Source of the DNA: an uncultured archaeon
GTDB lineage: Archaea; Asgardarchaeota; Thorarchaeia; Thorarchaeales; Thorarchaeaceae
Length of the DNA: 37,074 nt
Reading direction: 5' to 3'
NCBI GenBank assembly: GCA_964610875.1
Contig: CAZSWP010000036.1
Location: 1 to 37,074 of the forward strand
Position numbers and translations under genes: made by a program. The notes under the pieces are model-generated. The model saw only the letters and a program-made list of their open reading frames with translations. It had not been told where the DNA came from and did no database searches. Within the stretch, counting starts at the first letter, position 1, and each line of letters begins with the position of its first letter. Positions 9,767 through 18,573 of this stretch are shown piece after piece.

Positions 9767-11275
9767 TTACCTCGTGAAGTAAGTCCTCCTAAGCCATGCA
9801 AGGTCTCTTGAATAGAGTTCTCTTATGTCGTTTATGCCCATTGATGCCATATACATACGTCCTGAACCGATTCCCCATGCAAGCACACTTTCTTTAATCC
9901 CTAGAGGGTAAGTTACCTCTGGTCTGAATATGCCGCCTGGAGCAACCTCTATCCAACCTAGAACATCATGCTTCGCAAAACATTCGACACTAGGTTCTGT
10001 GAAGGGAAATTGGCCCGGTTTGAATTTCATTTTCTTAATGCCAACTCTTCTTACAATCTCAGAAATGTATCCCATCAGGTCTCTTAGTGTTAGATCCTTG
10101 TCTAGAATAATGCCCTCACACTGATTGAATTCCATCGCATGGCGAGCACTAAGTGTTTCTGACCTGAAATTCCTGTCAATAATGAACATCTTCTGAGGAG
10201 GTTCTCGATGCTCATGTAGATAACGCATAGACACTGGTGTGGTATGAGCACGAAGTACTAGCCTCTCTGAAACTTCTTTACTAAATGTTGATTGCCATCC
10301 AATAGATTCAGTATTCCCACCATCTTCATGAACAGCCTTGACTGCTCTGAAATGCTTCTTGTCGATAATTGTGCCATGTGAATATGGTTTTACGACTCTA
10401 AATTGATCTTGAACATCACGCGCTACATGGTCTTGCGGGACAAATAAGACATCGTTATTCCAGAACTCGGTTTCAACATATGGTCCGAACCATTCCGTGA
10501 ATCCTAGTCCTACCAATATCTCCTTCAACCAGTCATTGAACTCTGCGTATGGATTTTTCTTTCCATAGTTTATATATGGTGGAATTGCTTCAACATTAAA
10601 TGGACGGAATGAAATGTTCTTCCAACTACCCAGTTTTAGCATTTCTGGAGTGAGGTTAGCTACTCCTGAAGTTTCACCAGACAGCAATAATTTAATCTCA
10701 GGAATTTTAGTCGGTTGTATTTGAGCATGGAATCTCTTAGAAACTAGAACCTCAACAAGATTGCGCCTTATCGCTTTTTCCAATCCATTAGTTAGATGAC
10801 TTGGTACCTCTGCTTTTTCTCCCTCTAGATGTTTCAATACTCTCATTATTGGTGAATCTATCTCATCTACTTGAGCAGTAAGAAATGATTTTCCATCATC
10901 TTTCGTTATTTTCAACCATTCGTTTTTGAGTGCCCAGTTTATTGCAATACCCTTTTGTTTTGAACCAAGTCCTGATTTCTTGATTGCTTTGTCTAATGAT
11001 GTTGTCCCACCTAATTCCTTTACTGCTCCAAAGAGTCGAACCTCTGGTAACCAGTGAATCGCATAGTCAAGACCCTCTTCTGTTAGAACATATGATTCAA
11101 CTTCTTCTATACGAATTTCTACCAGATCTTTCTCAGCAAGAGAGTTCAAAATTGAGATTATCCGTTCGTTACCTTCATCGAGTTTCTTTGCAAGAGTATT
11201 GGAAACAACTTCCGAATCTATCTTGATTAGCTCTCCTAGTACTGATTTTTCTCCTGATGTGAGCTGTTGTGTCAT
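9767..11275 (-). CDS. pheS: Phenylalanine-tRNA ligase alpha subunit (archaeal/eukaryotic long form)
   Basis: FWNNDVLFVPQDHVARD, LRAHTT, FRSE...HAMEFNQCEG, FPFTEPS, GIFRPEV, AWGIG. Confidence 0.97.
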   Translation of the reverse strand: MTQQLTSGEKSVLGELIKIDSEVVSNTLAKKLDEGNERIISILNSLAEKDLVEIRIEEVESYVLTEEGLDYAIHWLPEVRLFGAVKELGGTTSLDKAIKKSGLGSKQKGIAINWALKNEWLKITKDDGKSFLTAQVDEIDSPIMRVLKHLEGEKAEVPSHLTNGLEKAIRRNLVEVLVSKRFHAQIQPTKIPEIKLLLSGETSGVANLTPEMLKLGSWKNISFRPFNVEAIPPYINYGKKNPYAEFNDWLKEILVGLGFTEWFGPYVETEFWNNDVLFVPQDHVARDVQDQFRVVKPYSHGTIIDKKHFRAVKAVHEDGGNTESIGWQSTFSKEVSERLVLRAHTTPVSMRYLHEHREPPQKMFIIDRNFRSETLSARHAMEFNQCEGIILDKDLTLRDLMGYISEIVRRVGIKKMKFKPGQFPFTEPSVECFAKHDVLGWIEVAPGGIFRPEVTYPLGIKESVLAWGIGSGRMYMASMGINDIRELYSRDLAWLRRTYFTR

Positions 11276-11584
11276 TGTTCTCTCAGAACTCCTTTTCTTG
11301 CTATATATGTGGAATATACAGAAAGTAGACTGAACTTACACAAAAATGAATGCCCTAACGGGCTTGATGAAATTGGTAGTACATTCCTTCTTCACCTTTT
11401 TGATTTGCGGGAGATATCTACCTTTTTAACTTGTCGCAACAATGTAAGTTCAAGAAAAAGCATTGGATTTCAATGTCATTGACATAATGTTTAAAATAAT
11501 GTTCAATGTGGAGCTAATTTAGCCTTTAGCAGGCAAATGCTTGTTCTTGGTGACTTTATGTCATTACTCAAGAAAAGGTGAGAT

Positions 11585-12667
11585 ATGATGTCGGCTATGC
11601 GACAAAAGTTGAAGAGGAAAATCAAAGAACTAAAAGCATACCAAGGTAGGCATAGTTCATTTACCACAATCTATGTTCCACCATCAAAGAATCTCACCGA
11701 CGTAATTGGTTTTGTCAGGGATGAGCTTGCGGGAGCAGAGAATATCAAGAGCAAACAGAATCGAAAGAACGTACAAGATAATCTTACAGCAATTCTAAGT
11801 GAACTCACAAAGATTGATGATATTCCTGAAAATGGGATTGCATTTTTCTTTGGAATTGAAGAGGAGGGCGGCACTACAAATGATATCCGTGAGATACTAA
11901 TTCCACCAAGTCCAATCTCTCAATTCATTTACATATGTGGAAGAGAGTTTGTAACCGAAGAACTTGAGATGATGACCACCCCTAAAAGCATGATAGTAAT
12001 AGTACTCATCGAAGGTGGAAAAATAACAATTGGATACCTCCGCGGAAATCATGTAGAATTAGTTTTGGATGAGGATTTTTACATCATTGGAAAAACTCGT
12101 GCTGGTGGTCAGAGTGCTAAACGATACCTTCGCATTAGAGAGGAAAAAATGCAGGAGTTCTTCAAGTATGTCGGAGAGAAATTAAAGGAACTTCTAGTCG
12201 ATGACTTGGATAATGTTGATGCAATTGTTCTCGGTGGAAACACAATCAGATGTCAAGAATTCTTAGAGAAAGGTGACTTAGATTATCGTCTAAAAGAGAA
12301 GATAGCGGATACTATAATTCCTGTTGGTATGATTGATGAAACTGGCTTGCAACAGGCTGTAAAGGAAGCATCCCGCGTAATGAAAGAAACTGAAATCTAT
12401 GCTGAGCGACAAGCATGGGACTCCTTCATCGGTGACTTGATGAGGGGAATGAATACAGCTGCCTATGGTAAAGATGAAGTCATAAGAGCGCTGAAAAACG
12501 GACGTGTTGAAACACTTATGGTTACTGAGGAAAGTGTTGGAGATATAGAAGAGTATCTTGATGACCTGAGCGGCTATGGCACAGAACTCATGGTTTTCTC
12601 CCCTCAAACTGAATCTGGTGCACAACTGAAATCATTTGGTGGTATTGCTGCCCGATTGAGATGGTAG
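11585..12667 (+). CDS. prf1: Peptide chain release factor aRF1 (short, divergent)
   Basis: NIKS (GAENIKS), YxCxxxF (YICGREF), GGQS (RAGGQSAKRY), C-terminal FGGIAARLR; SD aggtga. Confidence 0.9.
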   Translation: MMSAMRQKLKRKIKELKAYQGRHSSFTTIYVPPSKNLTDVIGFVRDELAGAENIKSKQNRKNVQDNLTAILSELTKIDDIPENGIAFFFGIEEEGGTTNDIREILIPPSPISQFIYICGREFVTEELEMMTTPKSMIVIVLIEGGKITIGYLRGNHVELVLDEDFYIIGKTRAGGQSAKRYLRIREEKMQEFFKYVGEKLKELLVDDLDNVDAIVLGGNTIRCQEFLEKGDLDYRLKEKIADTIIPVGMIDETGLQQAVKEASRVMKETEIYAERQAWDSFIGDLMRGMNTAAYGKDEVIRALKNGRVETLMVTEESVGDIEEYLDDLSGYGTELMVFSPQTESGAQLKSFGGIAARLRW

Positions 12668-12669
12668 TA

Positions 12670-13080
12670 CTAGTCCTTTGGTGGTCTTGGTAGATCAGCG
12701 AGAGTTTCTATATCAACTACCCAAGAATTTAGCTCGTCTAAAATCTCTTCAATATATTTTTCCAATCTCTCCAAGAATCTTCGAAAATGTTCGTATTCCA
12801 ATTTCTGTTTGTCCTTCAAATCCCTGACACGTTTTGGTAACCCGATCGACCACTTCTTCAAGTTTAATTTTGCCTTTCTGTCGTCAAGAACACGTCTTGA
12901 TGTCTTTGTCTTTCTTCGCAATTCAATTAATCTTTCAGCGGTTTTTTCAAGTGATATTATTGTTACAACAAGACGTTTTGAGTCAGCCTTCTTACCCTCA
13001 TCTCGTGTTGTGTAATATATCTCTTTCAAATCACGCTTGGCCATTGCGATACGGGTCTGAAACTCTCTCAGCTCATACAT
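12670..13080 (-). CDS. Hypothetical all-helical protein
   Basis: 136 aa filling the gap; amphipathic helices, basic N-terminal two-thirds, acidic end and an LPRPP tail. Confidence 0.75.
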   Translation of the reverse strand: MYELREFQTRIAMAKRDLKEIYYTTRDEGKKADSKRLVVTIISLEKTAERLIELRRKTKTSRRVLDDRKAKLNLKKWSIGLPKRVRDLKDKQKLEYEHFRRFLERLEKYIEEILDELNSWVVDIETLADLPRPPKD

Positions 13081-13117
13081 AGTTTGCGTCAGGTAACGAA
13101 ACTAGATTACTGTTTTG

Positions 13118-13786
13118 CTATATTGCGGAATAGTTACACTGTCCGTTTTTTGAATAGGGACATCTTATGCATTTCTCTTTTTCAGGTGAGGCAATAGGTT
13201 TTCTATCTCTAAACCATATCTGATCCAGTCTTTCAATTGCTTTGGTTGTTTCTCGGGTATTGAATTTGTTAACATAGACTCTCCCTCTATCACAATTGAT
13301 GCATGATTTTGCGTCATTACTCTGGATACATCTTTTCGCCTCATGTTGCAAACAGTATATTGTGACTATTTTAGTCGAAGAACATGACATACCGCACTCT
13401 CTCAAAGCTAAAGCATAAAGACTAGCTTGAAAAACATCCTCTTCTCTTGCTTTATTCGGGAGATATTTTGCTGGGAATTTTCTCTCAATCATTACTTCAA
13501 GAATTGGAGATTCATCCCATCTCAAAACAGCCGCATCAAATCTTCCTAGAAATCTATATGCCATTGAATGAATGCTCTCCTCTGTAAAAAGAAAGGCTTT
13601 ACTTGATTTGGGACGGTTCCTCACTAACTTCATAAATGAGGACAAATCCCATTCAGCAATTTGAGCAGATTTCAGCCATCTAAGACGGGATAAATGAACG
13701 ATTCCCATTTCTTTTAGAAATAATAATAATAGACCAACAATGAAGAATGTGAGATATAGGAGAGATGAAAATGGCTCGATTTGCAT
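13118..13786 (-). CDS. Cas4-like PD-(D/E)xK nuclease, C-terminal portion with N-terminal TM helix
   Basis: TM (LLYLTFFIVGLLLLFL), TEE, GRFD, IERK, QASLY (QxxxY), C-terminal CIRC-x7-C. ATG at 13786 overlaps the upstream stop (TAATG). Confidence 0.85.
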   Translation of the reverse strand: MQIEPFSSLLYLTFFIVGLLLLFLKEMGIVHLSRLRWLKSAQIAEWDLSSFMKLVRNRPKSSKAFLFTEESIHSMAYRFLGRFDAAVLRWDESPILEVMIERKFPAKYLPNKAREEDVFQASLYALALRECGMSCSSTKIVTIYCLQHEAKRCIQSNDAKSCINCDRGRVYVNKFNTRETTKAIERLDQIWFRDRKPIASPEKEKCIRCPYSKNGQCNYSAI

Positions 13787-14034
13787 TATCCAAACACCCA
13801 CAATAGGATTGCCATAATACTAAGCAAGAGAAGACCCCATCTGAACAAACTGATTTTCCTAGTCGAATGATTTCTAGTTGAGATTGCATGATGTAATCTC
13901 TCTCCTTCAATTGCATATTCTGATGGCATTTCACCAAGTTTTTGTCCAAGATGAAATCTGTATTCACAGAAATATTGAATCCTTAGGTCTGACACTTCCC
14001 TATAGTGTTTGATCGACCTAGAATACTCTTTCAT
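13786..14034 (-). CDS. Cas4-like N-terminal fragment with C-terminal TM helix
   Basis: VSDL..QYFCEYRF...EGERLH matches the Cas4/AddB N-terminal motif (first Fe-S Cys and G..xH), followed by WGLLLLSIMAILLWVFG. Confidence 0.8.
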   Translation of the reverse strand: MKEYSRSIKHYREVSDLRIQYFCEYRFHLGQKLGEMPSEYAIEGERLHHAISTRNHSTRKISLFRWGLLLLSIMAILLWVFG

Positions 14035-14081
14035 CTTTTATCCTCATGAATAGGTCTTAGGCATCCTTGAAAAAGGGCACA

Positions 14082-15272
14082 CTATTCCTTAATTTTGTTG
14101 AGAATTGGAACTGACAGAATTACAAAGATGAGAGGAACAAATAGCGCTTCTCTGAAACTGATACCTGGAATATCAGCTATTACTCCAGTTAACAATGGTC
14201 CAACAGTGCCTCCAAATAAAGCGAAAATTCCAGATATTCCAAATAGACTACCTTCCAAACCATGTGGAATTAATTTTGCATATAATGCTCTTGATAATGC
14301 AATATTTCCACCTAATGCAAAGCCAGCAATACTGGCAATCAGAATATTCGGAATAGTACCTCCAATGAATAGAATCGTGCCTATTCCTATTGACCATAAA
14401 ACGAGATTGAATAGGAGCACTCTTACTATTCCATATCTGTCCCCAAGCTTCCCTTGAAGTAGAGCACCAATCATGGCTCCTGGAAGTGCCATTGCTAAGA
14501 AGATACTGGCATTTATTTCAGGAATTAATAATACCTCTACTGCAATTATTGAAGCAAATGTCATAATTGTTGAAACCGCATCACCCCAAAGGACAGATGC
14601 GAGAAGATAGTACTTTACATTCTTGTTTTGCATTACAGTAGTAATCCCTAACTTTGTACCTTTGGATATGGATTCTGCTTTAGGCGAATATACTTGATAT
14701 TCCCTAAGCGCAATTCCTGGAATTATGGCAAAAATCAGCAGAAATGCAGCCACGAAAATTAAAGCTGACATCCTGTTTAGGATATTCTCAACTATTACGG
14801 CACCTAATGCACCAATTCCCCCTCCTAGATATCCAAACAAAACTCCTGTACCTGAAAGGGCTCCCAGTTTTTCAGTATCCCCCTCTGAAGCAAAATATGA
14901 ATTGATGGCTGTCCAACCAGTTTGAATACCAAGTGACATACCGATGAATGAGAGAATTAGGAAGATTACACTCTCAGCTATTGCTATCATTATGATACAC
15001 GCACTGGAAATCACTGCTGCTAGAATGATTATTATTCGGCGCGTAGTGCTACGCTTATTGCTGGTATCAATCATACTTCCAAGAAGCGGTGTCCAAAGGG
15101 CTGCTGCCGCTGCGGTGATAAGTGGTAGTATTCCAACTAATGTAAATGACCCTCCATATGCAATGATTAGGAGTGGGAGATACATGGAATTTACTGCAAA
15201 AGCTACTGGAGTTGTAGCAAAATCGTAGAATATCCATGCGATTACATCCTTTCTTTTCATGGAAAATACCAA
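14082..15272 (-). CDS. MFS transporter (UMF1/Atg22-like)
   Basis: About 12 TM; AWIFYDFA, GSMID, GKLGDRYG, LSRALYAKLIP. Confidence 0.9.
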   Translation of the reverse strand: MVFSMKRKDVIAWIFYDFATTPVAFAVNSMYLPLLIIAYGGSFTLVGILPLITAAAAALWTPLLGSMIDTSNKRSTTRRIIIILAAVISSACIIMIAIAESVIFLILSFIGMSLGIQTGWTAINSYFASEGDTEKLGALSGTGVLFGYLGGGIGALGAVIVENILNRMSALIFVAAFLLIFAIIPGIALREYQVYSPKAESISKGTKLGITTVMQNKNVKYYLLASVLWGDAVSTIMTFASIIAVEVLLIPEINASIFLAMALPGAMIGALLQGKLGDRYGIVRVLLFNLVLWSIGIGTILFIGGTIPNILIASIAGFALGGNIALSRALYAKLIPHGLEGSLFGISGIFALFGGTVGPLLTGVIADIPGISFREALFVPLIFVILSVPILNKIKE

Positions 15273-15384
15273 CTTTTCATAATGACTTTAAACCAGAGAG
15301 CTTTATTAATTAGTGACGGTGGTATTGTTCTATACAATTGTAATCCTTCGTTAAGAAGCGACAAGGAATTTGATAGGTGATCAG

Positions 15385-15807
15385 ATGTCTGACAGAGAGT
15401 ATAATGGGGCAACTGCTGGAATGGTGCTTGTTTTCGATGATAGTGAAACCGTCAAGTTTCCGAGCAAGTTCAAAGATGCGATGGGGACTGATAAGGGTCT
15501 AATGGTTCTAGTGCATAAGGACCGACTCATTAAGATATTTCCACTTGAGAGCAATGATGTTAATTATCTAAGCCTTGAAATCGGAAAACTAACCAATGAC
15601 TTTTTGACAAAACTCTCTCAGATATTCAAAAAGTCGGGATTGGTTGATTTACTCTTCTCAACAGGAGTCTGTTTGCGCGGGACCAGATGTTTCTATGAAT
15701 GTTATTTCAACCCAAATCAGCTGAGTACATCATTGGATGAATTGCAGTCTTCTCTATCAGAACTTGATGGAGTAAAGCATGTCATCGTTGAAGCAGTTTC
15801 GCAATAG
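15385..15807 (+). CDS. Hypothetical protein, probable AbrB-like N-domain plus ACT-like C-domain
   Basis: DDSETVKFPSKFKDAMG resembles AbrB D..G.i.iP..iR..lg; C-half has an ACT-like pattern ending LSELDGVKHVIV. Start after SD aggtga. Confidence 0.55.
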   Translation: MSDREYNGATAGMVLVFDDSETVKFPSKFKDAMGTDKGLMVLVHKDRLIKIFPLESNDVNYLSLEIGKLTNDFLTKLSQIFKKSGLVDLLFSTGVCLRGTRCFYECYFNPNQLSTSLDELQSSLSELDGVKHVIVEAVSQ

Positions 15808-15984
15808 CATCTACATAATTGACCGCATAGTGTAATCAGAGAAGTATACCTGTATGGATAATTTACAAGATTTCTAAGACAATAGTTAAGAAACTATTCT
15901 TGTACATAAATATTGAAACATCTATATCCAAAGCCATTACTTTGAAACATAACTTCGAAAACAAATAACATGGATGTCAGCTGA

Positions 15985-16659
15985 ATGCAAGATCTTGTAG
16001 AAATTATGTTAGATCTAATACTACAAGGGTATTTGGGTCTCTTTATCGCCTGTTTCATTATCAATATGATACCTTTCCTATCACCTTCAAACATGGTCCT
16101 TGCTGGAGTTGCAGCAATGCTGCTTCTAACACTCGATAGAGTTTTGATAGGCTTTATTGTAGCAATCGCTGCAACTATTGCGAAACTAATTCACTATTAT
16201 GTAGTACGAGGATCAAGAATTATGCTTTCTGAAGAACGTCTTGCGTCTCTAGATTCTGAAAGGCAACGTGTTGAGAAGTATGGAGCTCTGGCCCTATTCA
16301 TTGCAGCAGCCTCTCCTGTGCCTGATGATCCTTTAATTGTCTATGTAGGTCTTACCAAATATAGTGTACCCAAATTCGTCGTTGTGTATTTTTTGGGAAA
16401 GGTTGCAATCACCTTGGCTGGTGCACTTATTGGAGGATTTGTTGGGGATTTCTTTGAAGGTCTTCCGATTATTATTGCGTCAGTAGCACTCACTGCTTTG
16501 ATTACCGGAATACTGTTCAAGAGGAAAACTGAGAGTGAGGCGTCAGATACGCTTCAAGATATCATAGAAGATTCTATCGAAGACAGTTCGGCTGAAAATT
16601 CTTATGAGGAGGATGAATCCTCACAGGAATATAAAAATTGTGGTCTTCGGAACTCTTAA
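15985..16659 (+). CDS. DedA/VTT (SNARE-associated Golgi protein) family membrane protein
   Basis: GLFIACFIINMIPF, ATIAKLIHYYV, KYGALALFIAAASPVPDD, YFLGK; acidic tail. Confidence 0.85.
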   Translation: MQDLVEIMLDLILQGYLGLFIACFIINMIPFLSPSNMVLAGVAAMLLLTLDRVLIGFIVAIAATIAKLIHYYVVRGSRIMLSEERLASLDSERQRVEKYGALALFIAAASPVPDDPLIVYVGLTKYSVPKFVVVYFLGKVAITLAGALIGGFVGDFFEGLPIIIASVALTALITGILFKRKTESEASDTLQDIIEDSIEDSSAENSYEEDESSQEYKNCGLRNS

Positions 16660-16698
16660 GTGCTCATTCTTGAGTTCTCTTTCCAATTGGTGATATCA

Positions 16699-17094
16699 TT
16701 GCCTGGTACAACTACAACCGAAGTAAAATGTATCAAGTGTAAACAAACCTATGAAGCTGAAGTAATCGAGCACATTGATTTGAGTGAAGACCGTGACTTG
16801 ATCAAGAAACTTAGGTCTGGAAAAGCTAATCGGGTTCAGTGTCCAAAATGTAGGAAGGTAATGTATCTCGACAAAAGCATTGTAATTAATTTTGAGCCTC
16901 AAAGTATGATTGTAACATATGATCCTGAGGCAAAATCAAAGAAGAAGAAGGAAGAACATGAGCAAGAGTACACTGATGTTATTTCCTTTAATGAAACCTT
17001 GGAGGAAACTGCTGAAGATACCGAATTCAAAGTAGTTAGTGACCTTGATGAACTCAGGAAGTTGTTAAAGGCGTACACGAAGGAGTACGCCTAA
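16699..17094 (+). CDS. CpXC-type zinc-ribbon protein
   Basis: CIKC ... CPKC about 35 aa apart; TTG start after SD ggtga. Confidence 0.75.
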   Translation: MPGTTTTEVKCIKCKQTYEAEVIEHIDLSEDRDLIKKLRSGKANRVQCPKCRKVMYLDKSIVINFEPQSMIVTYDPEAKSKKKKEEHEQEYTDVISFNETLEETAEDTEFKVVSDLDELRKLLKAYTKEYA

Positions 17095-17102
17095 AACAAT
17101 AA

Positions 17103-18170
17103 TCAATTACTGCGTTTTCCTAAAAGGAATTCTTCAACCCATCTCTCTGCTCTGTACATTGTGGTTGGTACGGGAGGCATCTTAAAGCCATATGCAGAAA
17201 TTGATTCTAATGAACCACCAATACCTCTTTTCATAGCGAGTTTTGTCCCTCTTATGGCATCCATCAATATTGGCCCCGCATTTGGTCCATCTGTGACTTC
17301 CATTCTAATATCAATCTTGATAGGTGCTCCTCCAAATTGTCGGCCATGAATATAGAAATATGAATCTCTTGCATTATCCATGAATGGAACATAATCTGAT
17401 GACCCCGCTACCAATGGTGCATCATATGGCAAATCTTGGTGTATTGCACTGCTTTTGACTCCACGTTTCCGAAGTCTACCTCTATAATGAGAATCAAGAG
17501 ATTCTGCACCACCACCAACATCCAACTGATAGCTTTTGTCTACCTTAACACCTCTAGCAACTAGTAGCTGGAGGATGTTTCTATGAAGCACAGTGGAACC
17601 TAGTTGATCTTGAATATCGTCCCCGACCAATGGAAGCCCTTTTTCAGCATATTTCTTACTCCATTCCGGATCTGAAGCAATTGAGATTGGTGCACCATTA
17701 ATGAATGCACAACCTGCATCTAAGGATGCTTGTGCATAGAACTTGGTAGCTTTCTCCGCAGAACCTGGAAGAAGATTGATTACAATCTCTGCACCTGATT
17801 CTTTGAGTTTCTTCACAATATCAACATCAGTGGCATTAGAAACTTTGACGAGAGCTCTCAAAACATCATCAACACCATCGTAGAGATGACCTTTTTCAAC
17901 CTTGATTCCTGTCTTTTCCACTTTTGCGAATCTCATCACATTATTTGGGTCTGCAAATATTGCATCAGCAAGATCAACTCCAACTTTTCCTTCAACAACA
18001 TCGAAAGCTGCTACAAACTCAATGTCTCTAACATGAAATCCTGCAAAATCTGCATGATTCAATCCAACATTCTCAATACTTGCTTTAGCATCAGCATAGT
18101 ATTTCACACCTTGCACAAGAGCGCTCGCGCAGTTTCCAATTCCCACAAGAGCGACTTTTATTCCATTCAT
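17103..18170 (-). CDS. ino1: Myo-inositol-1-phosphate synthase
   Basis: VGIGNCASALVQG, IEFVAAFDV..KVG.DL, GDDIQDQLGST, YQLDVGG, DGPNAG. Confidence 0.9.
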   Translation of the reverse strand: MNGIKVALVGIGNCASALVQGVKYYADAKASIENVGLNHADFAGFHVRDIEFVAAFDVVEGKVGVDLADAIFADPNNVMRFAKVEKTGIKVEKGHLYDGVDDVLRALVKVSNATDVDIVKKLKESGAEIVINLLPGSAEKATKFYAQASLDAGCAFINGAPISIASDPEWSKKYAEKGLPLVGDDIQDQLGSTVLHRNILQLLVARGVKVDKSYQLDVGGGAESLDSHYRGRLRKRGVKSSAIHQDLPYDAPLVAGSSDYVPFMDNARDSYFYIHGRQFGGAPIKIDIRMEVTDGPNAGPILMDAIRGTKLAMKRGIGGSLESISAYGFKMPPVPTTMYRAERWVEEFLLGKRSN

Positions 18171-18282
18171 GAGATTCACGTCCAAATTACTATTACTACA
18201 ATGAATGAACCTTGTGATTCTTTTAAAGTTTTATGACCATAGAATAGTTTCATATGTCTTTGGGAAAATGCGTAGATTTAAT

Positions 18283-18561
18283 TGGGTTTATGACCCATAT
18301 ATGGACAGGACGACAGGTTGGCTGAAGCTCGAACTGTGGTCCTGCAATTTGCGGGATGACATACCTGTGCTTCATTGATGTTTGGAATGTCCACCAAAGG
18401 AGATTTCAGCCTCACACAATGTTCAGAGGCAATCGATGATCGTACGGAGTTGCGAGCGATCATGTTCATCTGGGATAAAAAAAGGGGTGGACTCAGCCGC
18501 TAACGACGCGGAGAAAATGATTGTAAAAGAAATATGGGTCAACCGTCGTCCACCTTCTTTT
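18283..18561. ncRNA. Candidate structured non-coding RNA or cis-leader, family unknown
   Basis: GC-enriched intergenic block with many complementary segments: 18291-18300/18532-18541, 18308-18320/18540-18551, 18323-18328/18369-18374, 18409-18413/18426-18430, 18436-18443/18456-18463, 18481-18492/18548-18560. Confidence 0.5.
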
Positions 18562-18573
18562 GATATTTGCAAT

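Noticed and set aside
13118-14034. CRISPR-Cas locus
   Set aside because: No repeat-spacer array and no cas1, cas2 or effector genes in the window.
18345-18525. Group I intron: aatttgcggga resembles P and gttcagaggcaa resembles R
   Set aside because: No S element able to complete P7 with the G-binding pair, and no interrupted host gene. A covariance-model search would settle it.
18283-18561. RNase P RNA, SRP RNA or MITE identity
   Set aside because: No GAGGAAAGUCC-like CR-I and no SRP helix-8 motif on either strand; the 10-bp inverted repeat has no target-site duplication or second copy.
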